Below, piece after piece: positions 41,636 through 55,531 of a DNA stretch of 64,000 bases. A program made the position numbers and the translations under genes. The DNA is from Octopus sinensis (Eukaryota), in NCBI RefSeq assembly GCF_006345805.1, contig NC_043023.1, positions 10,292,001 through 10,356,000 of the forward strand. The letters run 5' to 3'. Under the pieces are notes generated by a model. It had not been told where the DNA came from. It made no database searches and worked only from the letters and a program-made list of their open reading frames with translations. The first letter of the stretch is position 1, and every line of letters starts with the position of its first letter.

Positions 41636-41709
<74 letters not shown>

Positions 41710-42670
41710 TATATGTGTGTGTGTGTGTATATATACATACATACTAGCAAACGCACCCGTCCTTTGCATGGTTTAAGTTGCTTTTGTGGTATTTTTTTCA
41801 CCAAATAATTGAACTACCGAGAAGATTTATGTGTAGCATGGTAATCTGTTTCCGATTAACCTAGGAACGGATTAAGTATTAAGCATTTTATTGTTATCGC
41901 CCCTTCATCATATTTCGAAAAGTCCCCTTGAATCGATAAAAAATCACTCTTTTTGCCATAGCGACCACATCTGTATAGCTTGCGAATTTTAACCATCGCG
42001 GGTCACATCCTCACCATGCATTTAGTATCCCTGCCAATTTTCAGCTCGATCCTAGCCTCAGTTTGGCCGCCATTAAACGTCAAAGCAAAATGTGCATACA
42101 ATTTTCGTCCAAGGACCGTTTTATAGATATAGAAAAATTATATATACACATCGATCAACATCAATAGAAATTGCAGCTGTGATACCAGTGCCCGGTGGCA
42201 CATAAGAGAACCATCCGAACGTGGCCGTTGCCAGCTCCGCCCCAATTGGCCTCGTGCCGGTGGCACGTAAAAAGCACCATCCGATCATGGCCGTTGCTAG
42301 CCTCGCCTGGCACGTAAAAAGCACCCACTACACTCACAGAGTGGTTGGCGTTAGGAAGGGCATCCAGCCGTAGAAACATTGCCAGATCAGACTGGGCCTG
42401 GTGCAGCCTTCTGGCTTCCCAGACCCCTGTTGAACCGTCCAACCCATGCTAGCATGGAAAGTGGACGCTAAACAATGATGATGATGATGATACACACACA
42501 GTAAGCAAGGAGGGATAGTCAATTCAGGTGTTTGCCACAAGAAACACTCAATGGTCAGTGGCTATTTGACATAAACCTTCTCGATAGTTCAATTATTTGG
42601 TGAAAAAAATACCACAAAAGCAACTTAAACCGTGCAAAGGACAGGTGCATTTGCTAGTATGTATATATAT

Positions 42671-42706
<36 letters not shown>

Positions 42707-42728
42707 CATCATCATCATCATCATCATC

Positions 42729-42764
<36 letters not shown>

Positions 42765-43050
42765 GATAAAGCCACTATTAGGCAAATCAAACAGTGAAAA
42801 TCATAAATCAATACATAGAAATAAAATTAATTAATACAAAATATATAAAATATAAAATTCAAAATTCAAATTATTTAAATTTAAAGTAAAATTTTTTTTA
42901 ATATTTAAATTAATAGTTTATACTTATAAATTTCTATGTTTTGGTTTATGTTTTTCACTGTTTGATTTGCCTAATAGTGGTTTTATCTCTAATTTAATAT
43001 ATATATATTTATACTATAAAATTAGATTTAATCCTAAATCTAATAAAGAA
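41143..43050. repeat. Large composite inverted repeat (41143-41823 versus 42578-43050) containing two palindromic AT-rich elements
   Basis: Three modules are mirrored in reverse order: attagatttaggattaaatc, the palindrome attagagataaa...ttatctctaat, and a Helitron-like CTAG end. Confidence 0.8.
41753..42132 (-). mobile_element. Helitron-like non-autonomous element
   Basis: actagcaaacgcacccgtcc at one end and ttttatagatataga at the other, i.e. TC...CTAG on the minus strand. Confidence 0.55.
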
Positions 43051-44856
43051 TCTCGTGGAAACTCGGGTTTCAAACAAACAGAAAATCTGTAAAACTTTCT
43101 ACCATTTGTAGAGTATAAGTGAATGGAAAATAGAATAAAACATTGCCTTGGAGAAGAGTTGAATACTGGACTGGAAGCATTCCGTCGGTTACGACGAGGG
43201 TTCCGGTTGATCCGAATCAACGGAACAGCCTGCTCGTGAAATTAACGTGCAAGTGGCTGAGCACTCCACAGACACGTGTACCCTTAACGTAGTTCTCAGG
43301 GATATTCAGCGTGACACAGAGAGTGACAAGGCCGGCCCCTTGAAATGGATGGAAGCACTCCATCGGTTACGACGACGAGGGTTCCGGTTGATCCGAATCA
43401 ACGGAACAGCCTGCTCGTGAAATTGACGTGCAAGTGGCTGAGCACTCCACAGACACGTGTACCCTTAACATAGTTCTCGGGGATATTCAGCGTGACACAG
43501 AGAGTGACAAGGCCAGCCCTTTGAAATACAGGTACAACAGAAACAGGAAATAAGAGTGAGAGAAAGTTGTGGTGAAAGAGTACAGCAGGGATCACCACCA
43601 TCCCCTGCCGGAGCCTCGGGTGGAAGCACTCAGTCGGTTACGACGATGAGGGTTCCGGTTGATCCGAATCAACGGAACAGCCTGCTCGTGAAATTAACGT
43701 GCAAGTGGCTGAGCACTCCACAGACACGTGTACCTTTAACATAGTTCTCGGGGATATTCAGCGTGACAAAGACAGTGACAAGGCCGGCCCTTTGAAATAC
43801 AGGTACAACAGAAACAGGAAGTAAGAGTGAGAGAAAATTGTGGTGAAAGAGTACAGCAGTGATCACCACCATCCCCTACCGGAGCCTCGTGGAGCTTTAG
43901 GTGTTTTTGCTCAATAAACACTCACTTACAATTATACTCATTTAGTATCATCAATATCATCAGTTGGCTTCCATGTTCCATGCTAGCATGGATTGGATAG
44001 TTTGACAGGATCCAATGGGCCCAAAGACTGCGTGTCACTCCAGGGTCTACTTTGCCTTTGTTTCTGTACATCGTTGCTCTCCCTAATGTTAACAACTCTA
44101 CACAGTGTGCAGTGGAGGCGCAATGGCCCAGTGGTTAGGGCAGCGGACTCGCGGTCATAGGATCGCGGTTTCGATACCATTTGTAGAGTATAAATGAATG
44201 AAAAATGGAATAAAACATTGCCTTGGAGAAGAGTTGAATACTATCAACATGCTAGGCCATCATAAGACTGGTTTTATCGAAAACGATAAACACATTGAGT
44301 GCAGTTTGTATGCTAACAAAGAAGATATGCTTATACAGATAGACAGATGAGGCTACACTTATTTATAGATGCTCACACACGTCTAATGATGCATATGCAT
44401 AGACACACAATCCTCAAACACTCACCTGATACATAAATGGATGGAAGCATTCCGTCGGTTCCGACGACGAGGGTTCCGGTTGATCCGAATCAACGGAACA
44501 GCCTGCTCATGAAATTAACGTGTAAGTGGCTGAGCACTCCACAGACACGTGTACCCTTAACGTAGTTCTCGGGGATATTCAGCGTGACACAGAGAGTGAC
44601 AAGGCCGGCCCCTTTGAAATACAGGTACAACAGAAACAGGAAGAAAGAGTGAGAGAAAGTTGTGGTGAAAGAGTACAGCAGGGATCACCACCATCCCCTG
44701 CCGGAGCCTCGTGGAGCCTTAGGTGTTTTCGCTCAATAAACACTCACAACGAAACCGCGAGTCTGCTGCCCTAACCACTGGGCCATTGCGCCTCCACTAT
44801 GCATGAATATACTCATACACACATACATACACATAGATATATAAACATACTTTTCA

Positions 44857-47800
44857 AGGCGGTGATCTGGCAGAAGCGTTAGCACGCCGGGCGAAATGCT
44901 CAGTGGTATTTCGTCTGCCTTTACGTTCGGAGTTCAAATTCCACCGAGGTCGACTTTGCCTTTCATCCTTTCGGGGTCGATTAAATAACCACTGGTTCGA
45001 TATAATCGACTTAATCCGTGTGTCTGTCCTTGTTTGTCCCCTCCGTATTTAGCCCCTTGTGGGTAGTAAAGAAATAGGTATTTCGTCTGCTGTTACGTTC
45101 TGAGTTCAAATTCCGCTCAGGTCGACTTTGCCTTTCATCCTTTCGGGGTCGATAAATTAAGTACCGGTTACGCACTGGGATCGATATAATCGACTTAATC
45201 CGTGTGTCTGTCCTTGTTTGTCCCCTCTATGTTTAGCCCCTTGTGGGTAGTAAAGAAATAGGTATTTCGTCTGCCTTTACGTTCGGAGTTCAAATTCCAC
45301 CGAGGTCGACTTTGCCTTTCATCCTTTCGGGGTCGATAAATTAAGTACCGGTTACGCACTGGGATCGATATAATCGACTTAATCCCTTTGTCTGTCCTTG
45401 TTTGTCCCCTCTGTGTTTAGCCCCTTGTGGGTAGTAAAGAAATAGGTATTTCGTCTGCCTTTACGTTCGGAGTTCAAATTCCACCGAGGTCGACTTTGCC
45501 TTTCATCCTTTCGGGGTCGATAAATTAAGTACCGGTTACGCACTGGGATCGATATAATCGACTTAATCCCTTTGTCTGTCCTTGTTTGTCCCCTCTGTGT
45601 TTAGCCCCTTGTGGGTAGTAAAGAAATAGGTATTTCGTCTGCCTTTAAGTTCGGAGTTCAAATTCCACCGAGGTCGACTTTGCCTTTCATCCTTTCGGGG
45701 TCGATAAATTAAGTACCGGTTACGCACTGGGATCGATATAATCGACTTAATCCCTTTGTCTGTCCTTGTTTGTCCCCTCTGTGTTTAGCCCCTTGTGGGT
45801 AGTAAAGAAATAGGTATTTCGTCTGCTGTTACGTTCTGAGTTCAAATTCCGCTGAGGTCGACTTTGCCTTTCATCCTTTCGGGGTCGATTAAATAACCAC
45901 TGGTTCGATATAATCGACTTAATCCGTGTGTCTGTCCTTGTTTGTCCCCTCTGTGTTTAGCCCCTTGTGGGTAGTAAAGAAATAGGTATTTCGTCTGCTG
46001 TTACGTTCGGAGTTTAAATTCCGCCGAGGTCAACTTTGCCTTTCATCCATTCAGGGTCGATAAATTAAGTACCGATTACGCACTGGAGTCGATGTAATCG
46101 ACTTAATCCGTTTGTCTATCCTTGTTTGTCCCCTCTATGTTTAGCCCCTTGTGGGTAGTAAAGAAATAGGTATTTCGTCTGTTGTTACGTTCTGAGTTCA
46201 AATTCCGCTGAGGTCGACTTTGCCTTTCATCCTTTCGGGGTCGATAAATTAAGTACCGGTTACGCACTGGGATCGATATAATCGACTTAATCCGTGTGTC
46301 TGTCCTTGTTTGTCCCCTCTATGTTTAGCCCCTTGTGGGTAGTAAAGAAATAGGTATTTCGTCTGCCTTTACGTTCGGAGTTCAAATTCCACCGAGGTCG
46401 ACTTTGCCTTTCATCCTTTCGGGGTCGATAAATTAAGTACCGGTTACGCACTGGGATCGATATAATCGACTTAATCCCTTTGTCTGTCCTTGTTTGTCCC
46501 CTCTGTGTTTAGCCCCTTGTGGGTAGTAAAGAAATAGGTATTTCGTCTGCCTTTACGTTCGGAGTTCAAATTCCACCGAGGTCGACTTTGCCTTTCATCC
46601 TTTCGGGGTCGATAAATTAAGTACCGGTTACGCACTGGGATCGATATAATCGACTTAATCCCTTTGTCTGTCCTTGTTTGTCCCCTCTGTGTTTAGCCCC
46701 TTGTGGGTAGTAAAGAAATAGGTATTTCGTCTGCCTTTACGTTCGGAGTTCAAATTCCACCGAGGTCGACTTTGCCTTTCATCCTTTCGGGGTCGATAAA
46801 TTAAGTACCGGTTACGCACTGGGATCGATATAATCGACTTAATCCGTGTGTCTGTCCTTGTTTGTCCCCTCTGTGTTTAGCACCTTGTGGGTAGTAAAGA
46901 AATAGGTATTTCGTCTGCTGTTACGTTCTGAGTTCAAATTCCGCTGAGGTCGACGTTGTCTTTCATCCTTTCGGGGTCGATTAAATAACCACTGGTTCGA
47001 TATAATCGACTTAATCCGTGTGTCTGTCCTTGTTTGTCCCCTCTGTGTTTAGCCCCTTGTGGGTAGTAAAGAAATAGGTATTTCGTCTGCTGTTACGTTC
47101 TGAGTTCAAATTCCACCGAGGTCGACTTTGCCTTTCATCCTTTCGGGGTCGATAAATAAAGTACCAGTTTCCCACTGGAGTCGATGTAATCGACTTAATT
47201 CCTTTGTCTGCCCTTGTTTGTCCCCTCTACGTTTAGCCCCTTGTGGGCAGTAAAGAAATAGGTATTTCGTCTGTCGTTACGTTCTGAGTTCAAATTCCGC
47301 TCAGGTCGACTTTGCCTTTCATCCTTTCGGGGTCGATTAAATAACCACTGGTTCGATATAATCGACTTAATCCGTGTGTCTGTCCTTGTTTGTCCCCTCT
47401 GTGTTTAGCCCCTTGTGGGTAGTAAAGAAATAGGTATTTCGTCTGCTGTTACGTTCTGAGTTCAAATTCCACCGAGGTCGACTTTGCCTTTCATCCTTTC
47501 GGGGTCGATAAATTAAGTACCGGTTACGCACTGGGATCGATATAATCGACTTAATCCGTGTGTCTGTCCTTGTTTGTCCCCTCTGTGTTTAGCCCCTTGT
47601 GGGTAGTAAAGAAATAGGTATTTCGTCTGCTGTTACGTTCTGAGTTCAAATTCCGCCGAGGTCGACTTTGCCTTTCATCCTTTCGGGGTCGATTAAATAA
47701 CCACTGGTTCGATATAATCGACTTAATCCGTGTGTCTGTCCTTGTTTGTCCCCTCCGTATTTAGCCCCTTGTGGGTAGTAAAGAAATAGGTATTTCGTCT

Positions 47801-50800
47801 GCTGTTACGTTCTGAGTTCAAATTCCGCCGAGGTCGACTTTGCCTTTCATCCTTTCGGGGTCGATAAATTAAGTACCGGTTACGCACTGGGATCGATATA
47901 ATCGACTTAATCCGTTTATCTGTCCTTGTTTGTCCCCTCTGTGTTTAGCACCTTGTGGGTAGTAAAGAAATAGGTATTTCGTCTGCTGTTACGTTCTGAG
48001 TTCAAATTCCGCTCAGGTCGACTTTGCCTTTCATCCTTTCGGGGTCGATTAAATAACCACTGGTTCGATATAATCGACTTAATCCGTGTGTCTGTCCTTG
48101 TTTGTCCCCTCTGTGTTTAGCCCCTTGTGGGTAGTAAAGAAATAGGTATTTCGTCTGCTGTTACGTTCTGAGTTCAAATTCCGCTGAGGTCGACTTTGCC
48201 TTTCATCCTTTCGGGGTCGATTAAATAACCACTGGTTCGATATAATCGACTTAATCCGTGTGTCTGTCCTTGTTTGTCCCCTCTGTGTTTAGCCCCTTGT
48301 GGGTAGTAAAGAAATAGGTATTTCGTCTGTTGTTACGTTCTGAGTTCAAATTCCGCCGAGGTCGACTTTGCCTTTCATCCTTTCGGGGTCGATAAATTAA
48401 GTACCGGTTACGCACTGCGATCGATATAATCGACTTAATCCGTTTATCTGTCCTTGTTTGTCCCCTCTGTGTTTAGCACCTTGTGGGTAGTAAAGAAATA
48501 GGTATTTCGTCTGCTGTTACGTTCTGAGTTCAAATTCCGCTGAGGTCGACTTTGCCTTTCATCCTTTCGGGGTCGATTAAATAACCACTGGTTCGATATA
48601 ATCGACTTAATCCGTGTGTCTGTCCTTGTTTGTCCCCTCTGTGTTTAGCCCCTTGTGGGTAGTAAAGAAATAGGTATTTCGTCTGTTGTTACGTTCTGAG
48701 TTCAAATTCCGCCGAGGTCGACTTTGCCTTTCATCCTTTCGGGGTCGATAAATTAAGTACCGGTTACGCACTGGGATCGATATAATCGACTTAATCCCTT
48801 TGTCTGTCCTTGTTTGTCCCCTCTGTGTTTAGCCCCTTGTGGGTAGTAAAGAAATAGGTATTTCGTCTGCTGTTACGTTCTGAGTTCAAATTCCGCTGAG
48901 GTCGACGTTGCCTTTCATCCTTTCGGGGTCGATTAAATAACCACTGGTTCGATATAATCGACTTAATCCGTGTGTCTGTCCTTGTTTGTCCCCTCTGTGT
49001 TTAGCCCCTTGTGGGTAGTAAAGAAATAGGTATTTCGTCTGCTGTTACGTTCTGAGTTCAAATTCCACCGAGGTCGACTTTGCCTTTCATCCTTTCGGGG
49101 TCGATAAATAAAGTACCAGTTTCCCACTGGAGTCGATGTAATCGACTTAATTCCTTTGTCTGCCCTTGTTTGTCCCCTCTACGTTTAGCCCCTTGTGGGC
49201 AGTAACGAAATAGGTATTTCGTCTGTCGTTACGTTCTGAGTTCAAATTCCGCTCAGGTCGACTTTGCCTTTCATCCTTTCGGGGTCGATTAAATAACCAC
49301 TGGTTCGATATAATCGACTTAATCCGTGTGTCTGTCCTTGTTTGTCCCCTCTGTGTTTAGCCCCTTGTGGGTAGTAAAGAAATAGGTATTTCGTCTGCTG
49401 TTACGTTCTGAGTTCAAATTCCACCGAGGTCGACTTTGCCTTTCATCCTTTCGGGGTCGATAAATTAAGTACCGGTTACGCACTGCGATCGATATAATCG
49501 ACTTAATCCGTGTGTCTGTCCTTGTTTGTCCCCTCTGTGTTTAGCCCCTTGTGGGTAGTAAAGAAATAGGTATTTCGTCTGCTGTTACGTTCTGAGTTCA
49601 AATTCCGCCGAGGTCGACTTTGCCTTTCATCCTTTCGGGGTCGATTAAATAACCACTGGTTCGATATAATCGACTTAATCCGTGTGTCTGTCCTTGTTTG
49701 TCCCCTCCGTATTTAGCCCCTTGTGGGTAGTAAAGAAATAGGTATTTCGTCTGCTGTTACGTTCTGAGTTCAAATTCCGCCGAGGTCGACTTTGCCTTTC
49801 ATCCTTTCGGGGTCGATAAATTAAGTACCGGTTACGCACTGGGATCGATATAATCGACTTAATCCGTTTATCTGTCCTTGTTTGTCCCCTCTGTGTTTAG
49901 CACCTTGTGGGTAGTAAAGAAATAGGTATTTCGTCTGCTGTTACGTTCTGAGTTCAAATTCCGCTGAGGTCGACTTTGCCTTTCATCCTTTCGGGGTCGA
50001 TTAAATAACCACTGGTTCGATATAATCGACTTAATCCGTGTGTCTGTCCTTGTTTGTCCCCTCTGTGTTTAGCCCCTTGTGGGTAGTAAAGAAATAGGTA
50101 TTTCGTCTGCTGTTACGTTCTGAGTTCAAATTCCGCTGAGGTCGACTTTGCCTTTCATCCTTTCGGGGTCGATTAAATAACCACTGGTTCGATATAATCG
50201 ACTTAATCCGTGTGTCTGTCCTTGTTTGTCCCCTCTGTGTTTAGCCCCTTGTGGGTAGTAAAGAAATAGGTATTTCGTCTGTCGTTACGTTCTGAGTTCA
50301 AATTCCGCTCAGGTCGACTTTGCCTTTCATCCTTTCGGGGTCGATTAAATAACCACTGGTTCGATATAATCGACTTAATCCGTGTGTCTGTCCTTGTTTG
50401 TCCCCTCTGTGTTTAGCCCCTTGTGGGTAGTAAAGAAATAGGTATTTCGTCTGCTGTTACGTTCTGAGTTCAAATTCCACCGAGGTCGACTTTGCCTTTC
50501 ATCCTTTCGGGGTCGATAAATTAAGTACCGGTTACGCACTGGGATCGATATAATCGACTTAATCCGTGTGTCTGTCCTTGTTTGTCCCCTCTGTGTTTAG
50601 CCCCTTGTGGGTAGTAAAGAAATAGGTATTTCGTCTGCTGTTACGTTCTGAGTTCAAATTCCGCCGAGGTCGACTTTGCCTTTCATCCTTTCGGGGTCGA
50701 TTAAATAACCACTGGTTCGATATAATCGACTTAATCCGTGTGTCTGTCCTTGTTTGTCCCCTCCGTATTTAGCCCCTTGTGGGTAGTAAAGAAATAGGTA

Positions 50801-53800
50801 TTTCGTCTGCTGTTACGTTCTGAGTTCAAATTCCGCCGAGGTCGACTTTGCCTTTCATCCTTTCGGGGTCGATAAATTAAGTACCGGTTACGCACTGGGA
50901 TCGATATAATCGACTTAATCCGTTTATCTGTCCTTGTTTGTCCCCTCTGTGTTTAGCACCTTGTGGGTAGTAAAGAAATAGGTATTTCGTCTGCTGTTAC
51001 GTTCTGAGTTCAAATTCCGCTGAGGTCGACTTTGCCTTTCATCCTTTCGGGGTCGATTAAATAACCACTGGTTCGATATAATCGACTTAATCCGTGTGTC
51101 TGTCCTTGTTTGTCCCCTCTGTGTTTAGCCCCTTGTGGGTAGTAAAGAAATAGGTATTTCGTCTGCTGTTACGTTCTGAGTTCAAATTCCGCTGAGGTCG
51201 ACTTTGCCTTTCATCCTTTCGGGGTCGATTAAATAACCACTGGTTCGATATAATCGACTTAATCCGTGTGTCTGTCCTTGTTTGTCCCCTCTGTGTTTAG
51301 CCCCTTGTGGGTAGTAAAGAAATAGGTATTTCGTCTGTTGTTACGTTCTGAGTTCAAATTCCGCCGAGGTCGACTTTGCCTTTCATCCTTTCGGGGTCGA
51401 TAAATTAAGTACCGGTTACGCACTGCGATCGATATAATCGACTTAATCCGTTTATCTGTCCTTGTTTGTCCCCTCTGTGTTTAGCACCTTGTGGGTAGTA
51501 AAGAAATAGGTATTTCGTCTGCTGTTACGTTCTGAGTTCAAATTCCGCTGAGGTCGACTTTGCCTTTCATCCTTTCGGGGTCGATTAAATAACCACTGGT
51601 TCGATATAATCGACTTAATCCGTGTGTCTGTCCTTGTTTGTCCCCTCTGTGTTTAGCCCCTTGTGGGTAGTAAAGAAATAGGTATTTCGTCTGTTGTTAC
51701 GTTCTGAGTTCAAATTCCGCCGAGGTCGACTTTGCCTTTCATCCTTTCGGGGTCGATAAATTAAGTACCGGTTACGCACTGGGATCGATATAATCGACTT
51801 AATCCCTTTGTCTGTCCTTGTTTGTCCCCTCTGTGTTTAGCCCCTTGTGGGTAGTAAAGAAATAGGTATTTCGTCTGCTGTTACGTTCTGAGTTCAAATT
51901 CCGCTGAGGTCGACGTTGCCTTTCATCCTTTCGGGGTCGATTAAATAACCACTGGTTCGATATAATCGACTTAATCCGTGTGTCTGTCCTTGTTTGTCCC
52001 CTCTGTGTTTAGCCCCTTGTGGGTAGTAAAGAAATAGGTATTTCGTCTGCTGTTACGTTCTGAGTTCAAATTCCACCGAGGTCGACTTTGCCTTTCATCC
52101 TTTCGGGGTCGATAAATAAAGTACCAGTTTCCCACTGGAGTCGATGTAATCGACTTAATTCCTTTGTCTGCCCTTGTTTGTCCCCTCTACGTTTAGCCCC
52201 TTGTGGGCAGTAACGAAATAGGTATTTCGTCTGTCGTTACGTTCTGAGTTCAAATTCCGCTCAGGTCGACTTTGCCTTTCATCCTTTCGGGGTCGATTAA
52301 ATAACCACTGGTTCGATATAATCGACTTAATCCGTGTGTCTGTCCTTGTTTGTCCCCTCTGTGTTTAGCCCCTTGTGGGTAGTAAAGAAATAGGTATTTC
52401 GTCTGCTGTTACGTTCTGAGTTCAAATTCCACCGAGGTCGACTTTGCCTTTCATCCTTTCGGGGTCGATAAATTAAGTACCGGTTACGCACTGCGATCGA
52501 TATAATCGACTTAATCCGTGTGTCTGTCCTTGTTTGTCCCCTCTGTGTTTAGCCCCTTGTGGGTAGTAAAGAAATAGGTATTTCGTCTGCTGTTACGTTC
52601 TGAGTTCAAATTCCGCCGAGGTCGACTTTGCCTTTCATCCTTTCGGGGTCGATTAAATAACCACTGGTTCGATATAATCGACTTAATCCGTGTGTCTGTC
52701 CTTGTTTGTCCCCTCCGTATTTAGCCCCTTGTGGGTAGTAAAGAAATAGGTATTTCGTCTGCTGTTACGTTCTGAGTTCAAATTCCGCCGAGGTCGACTT
52801 TGCCTTTCATCCTTTCGGGGTCGATAAATTAAGTACCGGTTACGCACTGGGATCGATATAATCGACTTAATCCGTTTATCTGTCCTTGTTTGTCCCCTCT
52901 GTGTTTAGCACCTTGTGGGTAGTAAAGAAATAGGTATTTCGTCTGCTGTTACGTTCTGAGTTCAAATTCCGCTGAGGTCGACTTTGCCTTTCATCCTTTC
53001 GGGGTCGATTAAATAACCACTGGTTCGATATAATCGACTTAATCCGTGTGTCTGTCCTTGTTTGTCCCCTCTGTGTTTAGCCCCTTGTGGGTAGTAAAGA
53101 AATAGGTATTTCGTCTGCTGTTACGTTCTGAGTTCAAATTCCGCTGAGGTCGACTTTGCCTTTCATCCTTTCGGGGTCGATTAATAACCACTGGTTCGAT
53201 ATAATCGACTTAATCCGTGTGTCTGTCCTTGTTTGTCCCCTCTGTGTTTAGCCCCTTGTGGGTAGTAAAGAAATAGGTATTTCGTCTGTTGTTACGTTCT
53301 GAGTTCAAATTCCGCCGAGGTCGACTTTGCCTTTCATCCTTTCGGGGTCGATAAATTAAGTACCGGTTACGCACTGGGATCGATATAATCGACTTAATCC
53401 GTTTATCTGTCCTTGTTTGTCCCCTCTGTGTTTAGCACCTTGTGGGTAGTAAAGAAATAGGTATTTCGTCTGCTGTTACGTTCTGAGTTCAAATTCCGCT
53501 GAGGTCGACTTTGCCTTTCATCCTTTCGGGGTCGATTAAATAACCACTGGTTCGATATAATCGACTTAATCCGTGTGTCTGTCCTTGTTTGTCCCCTCTG
53601 TGTTTAGCCCCTTGTGGGTAGTAAAGAAATAGGTATTTCGTCTGCTGTTACGTTCTGAGTTCAAATTCCGCCGAGGTCAACTTTGCCTTTCATCCATTCA
53701 GGGTCGATAAATTAAGTACCGATTACGCACTGGAGTCGATGTAATCGACTTAATCCGTTTGTCTATCCTTGTTTGTCCCCTCTATGTTTAGCCCCTTGTG

Positions 53801-54718
53801 GGTAGTAAAGAAATAGGTATTTCGTCTGTTGTTACGTTCTGAGTTCAAATTCCGCCGAGGTCGACTTTGCCTTTCATCCTTTCGGGGTCGATAAATTAAG
53901 TACCGGTTACGCACTGGGATCGATATAATCGACTTAATCCGTGTGTCTGTCCTTGTTTGTCCCCTCTGTGTTTAGCACCTTGTGGGTAGTAAAGAAATAG
54001 GTATTTCGTCTGCTGTTACGTTCTGAGTTCAAATTCCACCAAGGTCGACTTTGCCTTTCATCCTTTCGGGGTCGATTAAATAACCACTGGTTCGATATAA
54101 TCGACTTAATCCGTGTGTCTGTCCTTGTTTGTCCCCTCTGTGTTTAGCCCCTTGTGGGTAGTAAAGAAATAGGTATTTCGTCTGCTGTTACGTTCTGAGT
54201 TCAAATTCCACCGAGGTCGACTTTGCCTTTCATCCTTTCGGGGTCGATAAATTAAGTACCGGTTATGCACTGGAGTCGATGTAATCGACTTAATCCGTTT
54301 GTCTATCCTTGTTTGTCCCCTCTATGTTTAGCCCCTTGTGGGTAGTAAAGAAAGAGGTATTTCGTCTGCTGTTACGTTCTGAGTTCAAATTCCACCGAGG
54401 TCGACTTTGCCTTTCATCCTTTCGGGGTCGATAAATTAAGTACTGGTTACGCACTGGAGTCGATGTAATTGACTTAATCCGTTTGTCTATCCTTGTTTGT
54501 CCCCTCTATGTTTAGCCCCTTGTGGGTAGTAAAGAAATAGGTATTTCGTCTGCTGTTACGTTCTGAGTTCAAATTCTGCCGAGGTCGACTTTGCCCTTCA
54601 TCCTTTCGGGGTCGATAAATTAAGTACCGGTTATGCACTGGGATCGATAAAATCAACTTAATCCGTTTGTCTGTCCTTGTTTGTCCCCTCTGTGTTTAGC
54701 CCCTTGTGGGTAGTAGAG
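44857..54718 (+). repeat. SINE-B-derived satellite: 1 head + 55 headless bodies (172-bp and 184-bp types) with higher-order structure
   Basis: ggtatttcg unit starts counted at 44905, 45077, 45261 ... 54540. The tRNA-like head appears only at 44857-44904. Confidence 0.97.
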
Positions 54719-54920
54719 AAATATATACTTTTCAGTTAAATAAATATATATACATATATAGGTGTGTGTGTGTAGTATAAGATATGGGATTATCACATAA
54801 ATCTCCTTTAACAGATCTCACAGTAATCCAAAACGAAGAAGTGTAATGCAGAGTGTCTATGCATAAGATATCCAGAGGATCTATTTGATGAAATTATTTC
54901 ATGAGGTGTATAAAAACCAT

Positions 54921-55531
54921 GTGGAGGCACATGGCCTAGTGGTTAGAGCAGCGGATTCGCGGTCGAGGGATCTGGGGTTCGAATCTCAGACCGGGTGATG
55001 AGTGTGTTTATGAGCGAAACACATAAGCTCCATGCGGCTCCGACAGAAGGTAATGGTGAACTTCTGCTGACTCTTTCGCCACAACTTTCTCTCGCTCTTT
55101 CCTCCGCCATCTTGCAGCTCACCTGTGACGGAGCAGCATCCCGTCCAGGTGGGGAACCTATATGCCAAGGAAACCGGGAAACCGGCCCTTATGAGCTAGG
55201 CATGGCTCGAGAAGGAACCTCCTACTCATAGATTATTTGTGGAGGCACATGGCCTAGTAGTTAAAGCAGCGGACTCATGGTCGAGGGATAGAAGGTTCTA
55301 ATCTCAGACCGGACGATGTGTGTTTATGAGTGAAACACCTAAGCTCCAAGTGGCTCCGGCAGAAGGTAATGGTGAACTTCTGCTGACTCTTTTGCCACAA
55401 CTTTCTCTCACTCTTTCCTCCTCCATCTTGCAGCTCACCTGTGACGGAGCAGCATCCCGTCCAGGTGGGGAACCTATATGCCAAGGAAACCGGCCTTTCT
55501 GAGCCAAGCATGGCTCGAGAAGGAACAAACA
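54921..55531 (+). mobile_element. Head-to-tail dimer of SINE family D inside one 11-bp TSD
   Basis: Heads at ~54921 and ~55238. ATAAAAACCAT at 54910-54920 and 55532-55542. Confidence 0.85.

Noticed and set aside
44905-45260. Self-cleaving ribozyme in the satellite unit (retrozyme hypothesis)
   Set aside because: No CUGANGA...GAAA core found by eye on either strand. Other ribozyme classes need a covariance-model search, so no claim is made.
44857-54718. CRISPR-like regular array
   Set aside because: No unique spacers, units are SINE bodies, eukaryotic context and no cas genes.
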